Assembly: GCF_001194135.2 (NCBI RefSeq)
Contig: NC_068990.1
Location: forward strand, 5,652,972 to 5,716,971
Reading direction: 5' to 3'
Origin: Octopus bimaculoides
Taxonomy: Eukaryota
DNA: 64,000 nt
Shown here: in pieces, positions 51,802 to 64,000 of the stretch
Position numbering within the stretch: the stretch's first letter is position 1
Layout: the number at the start of each line of letters is the position of its first letter
The notes under the pieces: model-generated
Database searches by the model: none
What the model was told of the DNA's origin: nothing
What the model saw: only the letters and a program-made list of their open reading frames with translations
Program-made: the position numbers and the translations under genes

Positions 51802-52000
51802 CTGATCTCCCCTACATGCTCGCACCACGATATTCGCAACAACTCCATCTACTCTTGGCACCACTAAGTCCGTTTGTATACTTCCAGTTTAACGGTCAAA
51901 CGTACATTCTGAAGCATGTTGTTGAAAGATATTCACTTGCCTTAATCAGGTATCGTCTCCATTCCGGTTCCTCTTCTTTGTTTATTTGGTTCTACTCTAC
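50760..52000 (+). mobile_element. Penelope-like retroelement remnant (RT-EN linker, Cys/His motif, GIY-YIG, probable pLTR)
   Basis: PLIFHRNMLPL...HILDRSPFLL.R.NVRNFFVR; CSTCLYMHNAT; ITDYFTC; KSVYCIR*..LNIGETG*SLADRF (GIY-YIG); VSHHFTSPIH. A CT tract and a degenerate CTGAAG..GAAAG motif lie near 51908. Confidence 0.75.
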
Positions 52001-52177
52001 TTGATACCAGGTTCACACGAAATATCAGTCTATTTTATTTCATCCTTATTTTTCGGTGTACCGTTCACTGTACACCACATTTTAACCTAATTATTTCTGT
52101 TGCGTGTGTGTGTGTGTGCGCGTGTGTGTGTGCGTGTGTGTGTGAGCGCGCGCGTGTGTGTGTGTCAGTGTGTGTGT

Positions 52178-52218
<41 letters not shown>

Positions 52219-52739
52219 AGTGTGTGTGTGTGTCAGTGTGTGTGTGTGTTAACATTTTGCCCACCACCATTTGAATATTTGCCTGTCTGTTGCATAGATA
52301 TACACAGACAACTATCATGCATTAATGTAGCATTTGCATGAAGTTGATTCCCAGTGTAGGAAGTTTGTGCAGATAATTATACTTCAAACGACTGCGATGT
52401 ATATAATGACATTCCATCTCGTTCGCATGTAGCAACATTCAGTTATCATGTTTTATTTTTCGACAGTTTTTACATAATATTTATATACCTATATCTACAT
52501 CTATAACTATCAATCAGTCTGTCTACCTGTGTTCTCATCAATGAAAACAGAAAGCAGCCCGTCTGACGAAAAGTTATGTTCTCGAAATCTCTATTACAAT
52601 ACGCATTAAAAGATAGACCTTCAAAGTGACTTCGAGATGAGATTTAGTTATTTTGATATGTTTTGCGTTATTTTGTAGCTGAGGTTGGTAAAGGAAAAGG
52701 GCCAAAAAAATTATTATTAACGCCACAACCGCTATCATG

Positions 52740-53160
52740 AATTGGAGTTCGATCATGAATACAACCGGTGAAGTGGAGTTTCTACAAAAAATATCTGGAG
52801 TTACGTTACTCGACAAGGGACGTAGCTCGGAGTTGAGGGAAGTCAGGCTGCGACTTCTCAGCAGTAAGAGGTTTCAGCTCCGGTACTATTGACATTCGAT
52901 TAGAATGTAGCAGGAAAAAATCGCAAGGCAGATTTTTCAAGCCAAGACAAGCCTACCGGGCAGGAGACTTAGTTGTTTCGGCTGAAGTCGAGTTAGTAGT
53001 ATATTAACTATCGTCTCATTTGGTCACACTTGGGAATCAAACCGTAAAGTGAAATAAGGGTTGCTTCTGATAGGATCCTATGGAGGAAGTGCCTGATGGG
53101 CCAACCAAAACGACCCACCACCACAAGGAGCATTGGGCAGAAAAGATTGATGGATGGATA
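52740..53160 (+). mobile_element. RTE-clade LINE 3' end
   Basis: EVEFLQKISGVTLLDKGRSSELRE..RFQLRYY*HSIRM*QEKIARQIFQAK..LIWSHLGIKP..VASDRILWRKCL..PKRP, ending in a (GATG)n tail. Confidence 0.8.
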
Positions 53161-53817
53161 ATCTGCCACTTGTTGCATTGTATTTCTCATGCGTTCGTCC
53201 ATTTGCCTTCAATAATACTTCTCTGGCTGCTTATTATTATCGTTATTTGTCCAACAATATATTCGTCAATTAAACCATGCATATCTGCATCAGCCTACAG
53301 TCAACAATCTGTGTTTCTGTGTGTGAAATCTATGTATGATTTCAGAGATTTCTTCACATAAATTTATATAACTTTTATATTTTGCAAGATGATAACGCGA
53401 ACAGAGCTTAAAAACGCGCGCTTGTTTACCAGCTGAATGCTACGCCATTATCGATTATAATCCACTCTCGGCCGGGAAATGATGGATGTACGAAATGTTT
53501 AAGTGTTTATAATCCTAACAATTGCAAACTTATAAACACCTATACACACATACTCACACACACTATATACATAAGTATATGTGTGTGTGTGTAATGACTA
53601 GTGTTTTCTCTTCTGTAAATGAAAATGCATATACACATACACACACAAAAACACAGACACACACACACATATGGGAAGAAAGGGGGAAAGAGACTTGTGT
53701 GTATACGTATGTACATTGACATATATACACATACATTCATATATATATATACATATACATACATATATATATATACATCTATATACATATATATATATGT
53801 ATATATANNNNNNNNNN

Positions 53818-53886
<69 letters not shown>

Positions 53887-53920
53887 TAATAATAATGATG
53901 ATAATAATAATAATAATAGT
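53818..53920. repeat. (AAT)n microsatellite
   Basis: Directly visible after a 10-N gap. Confidence 0.95.
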
Positions 53921-54469
53921 AATACTATTTTTTTCAGCTGTTAAAATATATAACAAGTAAAACAGTGATGGATTTAGAGAGTAGACTATAAACCTATTAA
54001 CTGAAGACTGATATGAAAACACGATAGAAAATTATAGATTGTCGTAGGAAATAGAAAGAGTACAGACGTGTGAGAAATGTGTTGAATAAATATAAATAGT
54101 GGAGCCATATAAAATTGATTTCCGATAACTGTTGGAGAAATATTTATATAATGGTCAAATGCTGTTTAAATATTCTTGTTTGGTAATATTCACAATGCCA
54201 AGTCAGTGAAAGCTGAAGACAGAAGTAAATATAGAAATAGAGGATAGGCATAAAATTTGAAGCTTATCATTGAGGAATTCTCTAGAGCTAAGGGCAAAAT
54301 ATTAAATTAAATTCCTAAAGTGTCCAACGCTCTATCATATTCATATGTCAGTGATAAAGTCCCGGTAGTGCTCAATATCTTGACACAGATCTGAGACGAC
54401 AGACTACTCGATCTCAACGAATTGGACACTATGCAATAAGACAGAGTAATCTTTTACTAATTTGATATC

Positions 54470-54600
54470 TTATTCTTTTACTTATTTCTGTCATTAGAAA
54501 ACGGCCATAGTGGTGCACACCATTGAAGGATTTTCAGTCGTCTATATCAATTCCAAAACATATTTTTTTAAAACCTGGTATTTATTTAAGTGATTCATAC
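54470..54600 (-). mobile_element. Diverged SINE 3' end (28678 family)
   Basis: TCTTTTACTTATTTCTGTCATTAGAAAACGGCCATAGTGGTGCACACCATTGAAGG. Confidence 0.6.
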
Positions 54601-54666
54601 ATGACCACATACACAATAGAGTTTTTACAAATACAAACTCCGTCACTTTCTCTCGCTTTCTTTCTT

Positions 54667-54734
<68 letters not shown>

Positions 54735-54939
54735 ATAAACACACACAAACACACGTACTTACACACACAGTGGGTGTGTGCGTGTGTCTGTAAATCTGTA
54801 TGTATGGGTGTACAAAACCCATACATATATGGTTACTCGTTAATACAGTTTTTACGTCTGTCCGTGTAGAATTTGTTGGGTAGTAGATGGCGAAAGGATA
54901 GATATATGCCTTGCATATTGGCATAGCACAATGATTTAG

Positions 54940-55081
<142 letters not shown>

Positions 55082-55197
55082 CACAAACATATCCTTGTAT
55101 AACTCCGTAGAAATGAACATTCACTGACTTCCTTTCCTATGCACACATATAGCCCATATAGACACACAAATGTACTAATATATAGACAGGCTCATAT

Positions 55198-55251
<54 letters not shown>

Positions 55252-55687
55252 GTATATATATTCAGAGAAATAGGGAAGGAGCGAGAGGGAGAGAGAGAGA
55301 AATATTCATACATAGCTATATTCAAATATTAAATACTTCCTAGGATATATTTTCATGAGAATTCTCCAATCAATAATGTAGATACTATTTTGGACGATGA
55401 ATATCAATAGAGTCTTCATTTGAATAACCTCCTGTCGAACATTGATTACATGCTACCATCTGAAAACAGCAGGGTTTTTTTTTTCTTTATTTCTCCCTTT
55501 TCCGAAGCACTGCTGAAAATTTCTTGTTAAATATCAAATAAGCATGGTGTAAGACTTGTTATTGTTGTTGCAGTAGCTCAGTTTTCATCAGTTCTGATCA
55601 TATAAACGTATAATCCAAAGCACCGACGTATCTAGCCATAACCAGCGTACCTATATATAGGTGTGAGTGTGTGTGTGTGTGTGTATA

Positions 55688-55860
55688 GAGGCGCATGGCG
55701 CAGTACTTAGAGCGTCGGGGGTTCACAATCATGAGGTAGTGAGTTTGATTCCCTGACCGGGTCGTGTTTTGTGTTCTTGAGTAAGACACTATTTCACGTT
55801 GCTCCAATTCACTCGGCTGTAGAAATGAGTTGCAACGTCACTGGTTCCAAGCTGTATTCC
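55688..55860 (+). mobile_element. 5' part of a CORE/Nin-like tRNA-derived SINE, 3'-truncated
   Basis: GAGGCGCATGGCGCAGTACTTAGAGCG..GAGTTTGATTCC tRNA-like head, then GTGTTCTTGAGTAAGACACT..CACTCGGCTGTAGAAATGAG core-like domain. Confidence 0.8.
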
Positions 55861-55899
55861 AAGAAGTATCGTAGAAAGCAAATGGGCGAACGCTTGGAA

Positions 55900-56171
55900 T
55901 ACTTGTTTCAGTCATTTGACTGTGGCCATGCTGGAGCACCGCCTTCTTAAGTCCTGGGGTAGAACAATACAGACACACACACACATACAAATATATACAT
56001 ATATATGAGTGACAGGCTTCTTTCAGTTTCCATCTACCAAATCCACTCACAAGGCTTTGGTCGGCCCCAGGCTATAGCAGAAGAAACTTGCCGAAGATGC
56101 CACGCAGTGGTAGTGAACCCGGAACCATGTGGTTTGGAAGCAAGCTTCTTACCACATAACCACGCTTGCGC
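55900..56171 (-). mobile_element. Bipartite SINE (28678 family) with internal deletion
   Basis: 3' end ACTTGTTTCAGTCATTTGACTGTGGCCATGCTGGAGCACCGCC is joined via a CA tract to an intact 5' half ending GCTTCTTACCACATAACCACGCTTGCGC. Confidence 0.9.
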
Positions 56172-56176
56172 TTTTA

Positions 56177-56241
<65 letters not shown>

Positions 56242-57114
56242 GACAACTATACGGATAAACAAATTAAATACATTAAATATTATTATATATAAGTAGGCTT
56301 TTGGTGCATTTTCCACTGTCATTAGCTCCATACCAATTCTACTTCAGCTGACCCATGAGATTAAAGGTGGATCCGGACTTTACGATCTACCGTATTTTCA
56401 GTAATATAGAATCCATACATGTCCTTCATTTTCAAAATCTTGAGGGAATGATAAGCGTGAGATTTAACTGCTATTTTTCACAATCCACTGTCTACAGGAA
56501 GCAGACATTCCCTCGTTGATTTTCATATCTTTTCTTCTAATTAGTGACTATTTACAATTTGTTGTGTCCATTCCCCTCTTAGTAGTCTTAAGCATTTGGC
56601 TGCATCCCCAATTCTTCGTACCATATCCTTATCGAACAAATCTTAAGTTTCAGATATATACTGGGATCGATATGTTTCTAAGAAACATTGATTTAGAAAT
56701 CAGAAAGAAATCATTATTCTAGGACTTTATCTTCTAGATGATGTTCCATATAATTACATAAGCCATTATATATTTTACTTAAAATTTATTTCAAAACTAA
56801 ATTGAAATCTATAACTGTAACACTGTATATGTATAAATATCAATTCTATTCTACAAACACAAGTTGTTGATATTCTTGTTTAGCTCAGCATTCTTGATTG
56901 ATCAGAGGTGTCCTGTAATCAAATGCACTGTAGTTTGACCATTCGTTTGTTTTATTCAGTCACACGATGTCAAATATTAGACACACACCTACACACACAT
57001 ATATATAAGGGGCATTCAACTCCTAATGGAGTTGTAGGGACGACGTTGACATACAGTGTCTCCCTGAACATTTTAAACAACGCGAAGTTCATCCGTCTGA
57101 GTTCTTTGACGGAT

Positions 57115-57290
57115 AAGCTTCTTCCAGAAATAAAGACAAAAGCGAAGAATCGACCCAGTCTATTTACTAGTTCATATAGAGTCTGAAAGGTTGAAAGGTA
57201 AAGTTGACGTCAGTGAGAATTGAAATCCGCGCGCAGTAAGCCGGAACAAACGCATAGTGTTCTGACGACTCTGCTAATTAGCCATCTTGT
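57115..57290 (-). mobile_element. Old SINE remnant
   Basis: AATCGACCCAGT...GAAAGGTTGAAAGGTAAAGTTGAC..GAATTGAAATC: diverged reverse-strand copy. Confidence 0.55.
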
Positions 57291-58239
57291 CTAAGACTAT
57301 TGTACTCAATGTGTAATAGTTGAAGACTGTACGATATGATCTGAGGTAGAATTGGTTACTTTCTCTAAGAGTATAAACGACAGCAGCATAGCTCTCGTAT
57401 TGGCTCGTGGAATTAGGTAGTTTTCTACAGGTTCACATTCAAATTAATTCGAGTACTTAATAAAAAGCAAATTAGACTATAGCAATGGTTTCCCATTAAT
57501 ATAATTCTGAAACCCAATATAGTTTAGTCATGTGTTCTCTAGATCAGGCAACAGAATATATAATTACATTCGCCTGTCTAACATGTATTCCCTTTAACTT
57601 CGGTTGTATTTGGCCACGTAAAAATGATCACAGCAAGATTGACGTGAAATATGCAATGTATAAGTTATAATGGCTGAACAGCTGTTTATTGTTTGACGAC
57701 AAGTAAAGGCAGCAGGAAAACGTTGAGAAAAGAGAAAAAAACTATATTCAGTGAAAACCGCACGGAAACCGGACATATTATTGGACATATTGATAAATGA
57801 GACGCGGAGAACTAGAGAGAAGAAGGGAATATATGAGAGAGAAAGAAGGGAGATTGATAGCGCTAGGAAGAAAGATAATTGATTTAGTGTTCCCTTAATA
57901 ACGTTAGATTATTGTCCCAAGATAAAATGATCTGGTGCATAAAGAAGTCTGTATGTCAGCAAAAAAAGTGGGGCGAAATACTTGTAAACAGGCACCAATT
58001 TAGTCGTTGGCTGTTTCAGCCTCCCAAATATTTTTATATAAATATTTATTGAATATGGAATGAATTTTACCACCTCTTTTCTCTTCTGATGCTTGAAATA
58101 TGATGCCGGTAATTGATTTTATATTCCTCATATAGGCACTGCCGTGTTACATCAAAGCTAACATTTAATAACCGGGTTTCTGAGAGTACAATAGAGCAAA
58201 ATGTAAGAAGCTGTTTTGAGCAAACCTTGGTATTCCGAG

Positions 58240-58520
58240 TTTATATTTTCGGTTGGTTCATCTAATGATGGAGCTACATCGAAACTTCGAATTTTCTTTA
58301 AGAATATTAATATTTACTACTAGACCTTTTACCATCGTGTCTCAATTTATCAAATTAATAATTCGCTTTAAAACATTCTGGTGGGCAGCCTATTTTTCTC
58401 GGCAAAACATTCCAGGTTTTAATGCCTTTTTATCTAACACACTCACCAGTTCGATTTCCACTGATTTATTATTTATATTTTTTTTTCAAAATTTCGCTGC
58501 TTTTTCAACGTTGTCAATGA
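58240..58520 (+). mobile_element. Penelope-like terminal-repeat remnant
   Basis: CTAATGATGGAGCTACATCGAAAC is a hammerhead-like relic; AACACACTCACCAGTTCGATTTCCACTGATTTA is homologous to the reverse of 23160-23205. Confidence 0.45.
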
Positions 58521-59594
58521 CAAGGCTGCAAAAGCAACGAAAATTTTGAAAGAAAAAATATAAATAATAAATTCCAAGTTTTGTCAATAGTAAATATTGT
58601 ATATCAGCCTTAGTACTTATGTTTTATTGCGCAACAATAATCAACTATACAAGACAAATATTCACCTACCTAAGACACCAATCTTTTGTCGCTGATTTTT
58701 GTCAGTCCGGAAGACTGAAATCAGCATTACAAGGAGGTGAATCACTTATTTTGTTTATTTCCATTTCTTAACGCAGCGAGTAATGTCAAACTATAAGAGT
58801 TAATTGTAGATAATGGCTTCACTGGAGTATAGGTAGACTGTTATCAGTCACCATGTCCACTCAATTAGCGGTTATTTTACATTTATTATTATATATAATG
58901 TATGTTTACAAATATCGTATGAGTATAATGTATTATGCTTATTAATCTGGATATTTGTAATGCCTGTATCCTTGAAATTAAGAGGGTTTATATTTCCTTG
59001 CGCAGGCAGGCAAAATTCCACATATTCACAGGAGTGAAGAGTCGATTATATCGAGTTGAATACTTTTATCAGTATTTTATCAGCTCCAGAAGGTTAACAT
59101 TTTAAATCGTATTTGAAAACGGAACGTAAATGGACGTACCGGGTTGCATTGCATAGGTTTAGGCGGAGATTTCTTGAGTGGTTTTGCAAACGTAGCCTCG
59201 GTTTGACATATTCTATTCACTAAGATATTGTCAATCTGTACCTATCAGCTAAACTATTGCAGATGATGGTTTTATTGGTTTTAACGCCAAATTGCTATAG
59301 GATATCTAGAGACACAGAGACTACGGCTACAATTAGCCGGCGGATTACGAAGCAGACGCACACTGCATTTTGAATGACAATTTGGACGACTATAGCGTGA
59401 ACAGTCACTTTAAAACACTTCTCAGTTTAGTTTGGCCAATACTATGACGAGGACACATCAGAGATAATTAGTCTGGCCAGGGAGATTAGTTTGTTCTCAT
59501 GATTTGGAGTAATTTTAGTGAGTAATGGAAGATCATCTCTTGCCGCTCAGCTCCGGTTATACCAAAACCCAAGGAACATAAACAGATGCAAATC

Positions 59595-59810
59595 AAATAT
59601 TGGTTTCACATTTTAGTACAAGGCCAGCAACTCCAGAGAAGGAGGTAAGTCGATTACATCGACCCCAGTGCTCAACTCTACATATTTTCTCGACATCTAA
59701 AAGATGAAAGTCGACCCGGGCGGAATTTGAACTCAGAATGCAAAGACGGACGAAATACCGCTAAGCATTTTGCCCGGCCTGCTAACAAATTTGCCAGTTC
59801 GTTGACTTGA
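59595..59810 (-). mobile_element. tRNA-derived SINE (12181 family)
   Basis: GGCGGAATTTGAACTCAGAATGCAAAGACGGACGAAATACCGCTAAGCATTTTGCCCGG. Confidence 0.88.
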
Positions 59811-59819
59811 TGCAAGCTA

Positions 59820-60006
59820 GATATTGGCACAGAGCCAGTAATTTCAGGGGAGACCCATGTGCTGGACTGGCACTTATTTTATCAACCCCTAAAGGATGGC
59901 TTGTACAGTAGACTTCGGCAGAATTTGAACTCAGAACATAAAGATGGACGAAATGCGGCTAAGCACTTCGCCCTGCGTGCTAACGGTTCTGCCGGCTCGC
60001 CGCCTT
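59820..60006 (-). mobile_element. tRNA-derived SINE (12181 family), tandem with the previous copy
   Basis: GAATTTGAACTCAGAACATAAAGATGGACGAAATGCGGCTAAGCAC...GCCGGCTCGCCGCCTT; a third tail fragment follows at 60025-60090. Confidence 0.85.
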
Positions 60007-60564
60007 CTGCAAATGAAATATAGATTTCAATTTTGGTACAAGACGAGCAATTTCCGGGGTGGGTGGTAAGTTGATTGCATCGACCGTAGTGTGGGTCGAT
60101 GTAAATCTTAGGGTCAATGTAAACCTTTAGTGTGGTTTATGACACTCACTAGAAATGGTAGACTTGTTTTAGGAATTGGGGTGATTCTAAAATCTAAAAT
60201 GATGTTTTGCTCTTAGTTGGTATTTTGCACACATGCGATCAGATGTTCGCCAAGCTTGATTAATCCACTTAATTCTCACATATAATGTAAGTAGTGTTGT
60301 ATTATACTGTTTAACCTTCCGACTTTTGAAGATGGTTGGGTGCATCCTGAGGTGAGATTTGGTTTCTACTTCTAGCAGGTTGAGCAGCCACATAGGGTCT
60401 CTGTAATTGGTCCAGTGCATAAAACCTTATTTTGGTATAACCGATGTTAATGTTGAAACGAATTTTTTAGGCGGGGCCTTGCATTAGTCCAAACCAATGG
60501 TAGTTGAAGTTAAATTTTAATTGATGCACATTACTGGTTAATACACATTGAAACATAGTTCAGA

Positions 60565-60698
<134 letters not shown>

Positions 60699-62309
60699 CT
60701 AAAATAGGAAATTCTGATGGGTGAGGGTGACTTCAGTAGGAGGTTGAATACTCGTACACAGTCTGGGAAAGAGACACAACATGTAGATAAGAATTGAGTT
60801 ATTGATTAGGATATTTTATCGAAAAGAGAAAAGAGGAAAAAAATAATAAATATTTCATCTATTAATTTATTCATTTCATTAGAGTTAGTTTTTGAGTGAG
60901 AGAAAGAAAAATAACAAAGTAAAACTAACATTTTTTTATATAAAATAAATAGATTTATCAATTACTTCTGTTTACAGAAATTGATACGGGTATGTTTGCT
61001 GTCTCCTGTCTCTGAAAGCCAGGCATTAAGTTAATTACAGTTTAGATAGCTTCCAGAGTTTGAATCTTTACAGAGTTTCCAGTCAACTAAAGGCTAAATC
61101 AATTATTTAATATTTATGATGTTATAATCACATAGGATATTACATCTGGAAATATTCAGAGAAATTTATAAGCAATCGTTGTAGGAAAAAGTAAATAACA
61201 CCAATGAAATTCGAAGAATCCTTATGCCATCAATCGACTAAAAGTCTAGGCCTCATGATAGTTCGGTTATTTAACGATGTATATTCGTGTTGCTTTTACA
61301 GTTATAATTTAGATATGGCTATGAACTATCAATTTATTAATTTTTTTGTAGTTATTATCCTGAAAAATATTAGAAATAGAAATCAATGTTTGCTTTAAGA
61401 AAGTAATAGGAAATATTACATTTTGAGAGCCTTCTGGTACACCATTTGAAATATGTTTGATTTCCATTTAAGAACTTCATTTAGTGAAACCAAATATCTG
61501 CCCCGGTTTACACTGGACTATTGTATTATATTTTACAAAATATCTGCAACATTATTACTCTTGGTCACTATATTGTACTTCAAAATGTTTTTGTGATTTA
61601 CATTAGCGGCATCAACGGTTTCAACGAAGAGTAATCGGTTTGTATTCTGCTCTGCTTATTTCAGTTAGATATCAGTTAGATATATCCCATGAGAATGATG
61701 CAAGTTATCAATTATCATGCCGAATAAAATGTATTGCTAATCCTTTATGTATAAGGTTTCAGTGTTGCTGTTACAGCGGGTGCTTTATTGTCTTCAGCCC
61801 AGTGACTCGTATGATTGAGCAGACGTATGATCAAATATTTCAGCCAGTATATCCGGAGCTATATTATTGTAGTGAATACTCTATTTTAAAGACGACTGGA
61901 TGAGATTTGAATTAGAATCACCAGCAATTTATTGTAAGTTGAGAGACAACGTAAAAGCTTCTGTCATTGACCTGTTGATTCGAGGGTTGTTTTTCAAGTT
62001 GGTAGCTAGAAGGAATAAATACATAGATCTTCCGTGAGAGCTTAAAATTTTCTGTGATAGGACAATATGCAGATCTTACAAACTGTGAATCACCTAAGCG
62101 TTTAAAATTCGAAAAAGAAAAACATTCCCCAAGGTCCTATGAAAACTGCTTGAGTATAAGTGTTTAACTCTTTTTACATAAAAATAGTAGATGGAACATT
62201 AGTTTCCCCGTTGATAGGCCTCCAATCTAATTGGAGCATCGATCAATTCGAAGCACGGCCTATGGCCAATAGATGATCATTGTTCATTAGTTTGTCGCAC
62301 ATCAAAAGA

Positions 62310-62520
62310 TATTGTCTTTTAGTTCTTTTACTCATTAGACTATAACCATGCTGGGGCACCGCCTTGACGGTTTTAATCGAACAAATTAATCCCAGCAGGC
62401 ATTGTTTTAAGGTATGATACTTATTCTATCGGTACTTTTGCTGCACTCCGCGATAACGGAGACAAAAAAATCCATGTCATCGCTTGTTAAGCGGCGGTGG
62501 AGCGGAGATCAGCACAAACG
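62310..62520 (-). mobile_element. SINE 3' half (28678 family)
   Basis: CCATGCTGGGGCACCGCCTTGACGGTTTTAATCGAACAAAT...TACTTATTCTATCGGT. Confidence 0.8.
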
Positions 62521-62627
62521 CGTATGCGCGCACACACATAGATATAGACAAGTTTATATATATGTGTGTCTATGTATATATGTATGTATATGTATATGCG
62601 TGTGTGTGTATGTGTATATACACATAC

Positions 62628-62661
<34 letters not shown>

Positions 62662-62663
62662 AT

Positions 62664-62702
<39 letters not shown>

Positions 62703-64000
62703 NNNNNNNNNNNNNNNNNNNNNNNNNNNNNNNNNNNNNNNNNNNNNNNNNNNNNNNNNNNNNNNNNNNNNNNNNNNNNNNNNNNNNNNNNNNNNNNNNN
62801 NNNNNNNNNNNNNNNNNNNNNNNNNNNNNNNNNNNNNNNNNNNNNNNNNNNNNNNNNNNNNNNNNNNNNNNNNNNNNNNNNNNNNNNNNNNNNNNNNNNN
62901 NNNNNNNNNNNNNNNNNNNNNNNNNNNNNNNNNNNNNNNNNNNNNNNNNNNNNNNNNNNNNNNNNNNNNNNNNNNNNNNNNNNNNNNNNNNNNNNNNNNN
63001 NNNNNNNNNNNNNNNNNNNNNNNNNNNNNNNNNNNTGAAAATGCAGATATCTATTAAAGATGTTTATTGACTTGACCGGTTTCACGTTTTTAAAAAAAGA
63101 TTATCAATATTAAAATGTAAAACTTTGCATAAGCTTTGTTGTGTTAAAAATGGTTATCATAATTGTATTAAAATACAGTTATACAGTCTTTGATAATGAT
63201 AAGAAAATTTTAAACAATAGAATCTTTGACAAAGATAAGAAAATGTTAAGAGGGGCTTTTGTTTAAACAGTTTACATGAAAGTGTTCAAAATAGGTAGGA
63301 AAATAAATTTATAATTATTTTAAGTTCATCAAGAATCATGGTCGTATAGAAGCATATATACAGAAGATATTATATTTAAATATTTATACAGAATTTTAGG
63401 GGAATGACCAACCCTTCCATCCATTATATTCTGTGTTGTAGTGTGTATGTGAGAAATGTTTGCTATTTTTAGAAATGGTGTGGGAGGTTGGTTGGTGGGG
63501 GAGAGCATTGTGGAATCAAAAGGATTTTTTTGTTTCTGGACAAATCTGTCATGGTTCAGTGCTTTTGGGGATTCGTCTTAGAGTTCAAAATGGTATGGGT
63601 GTGTGTCTCTGAGCACGTTTCTATGTGTGTGTGTATGTATACATGTGCTTGTGTTTGTGTGTGTGTGTGTGGGGGTTCTTGATTTGTCTTAGAGTTCAGT
63701 GAGGTGTGTGTATGGGTCTGTGTATGTGTGTTTTATATTTAGCAGGATGGTGCGTGTATTTGTGTGCACTTTTGTGTGTGTATGTGTGCGATCTGAATTT
63801 GTCAGGGTGCTGAGTGTGCGCTTGTGTGTGTATGTGTACGTCTATGTGTGTGCGTGCGTATGTTTGTGTGTGTTGTGTTGGTGGGAATGTTGTGTGCGTG
63901 TACGTGAGTTTGTGTGTGTGTGTAAATGTTTGTATACAGGTGACGCTGAAGCCAAATCGAAATTCGAAACGTTCCTTCTATATTTCTTTTGAAGGCAGCC

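Noticed and set aside
63935-64000. Possible Tc1/mariner left terminus (TA-CAGGTG) at the window edge
   Set aside because: Only about 65 bp are visible, with no partner TIR or ORF to confirm it.

Overview
AT-rich, microsatellite-dense eukaryotic (metazoan) DNA. The SINE families, the TA/TG/GATA repeat load and the N-gaps next to (TA)n tracts point to an octopod cephalopod genome in a short-read assembly; this is inferred from recalled Octopus SINE sequences, not from a search. I found no recognisable host protein-coding gene, rRNA, tRNA or CRISPR array. Most ORF-track entries are microsatellite or N-gap artefacts. The window looks like intergenic or deep intronic DNA full of decayed mobile elements: about 20 tRNA-derived SINE copies or fragments, three RTE-clade LINE remnants, two Penelope-like (GIY-YIG) remnants plus several pLTR-like fragments with degenerate hammerhead-type motifs, three Tc1/mariner transposase relics (mariner-like, DD37D/maT-like, Tc1-like), and a small TA-CAGGG-ended MITE family. 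The most notable structures are four. (1) A young, near-perfect 150-bp inverted duplication (14142-14537) that copied one MITE end, and apparently its flank, into the MITE interior. (2) An unexplained, highly foldable segment at 21050-21275. (3) All eight recognisable TE coding remnants lie on the + strand. (4) A few unassigned candidate exons. I cannot support a novel biological system here. Element boundaries are approximate (about 10-20 bp) unless stated.
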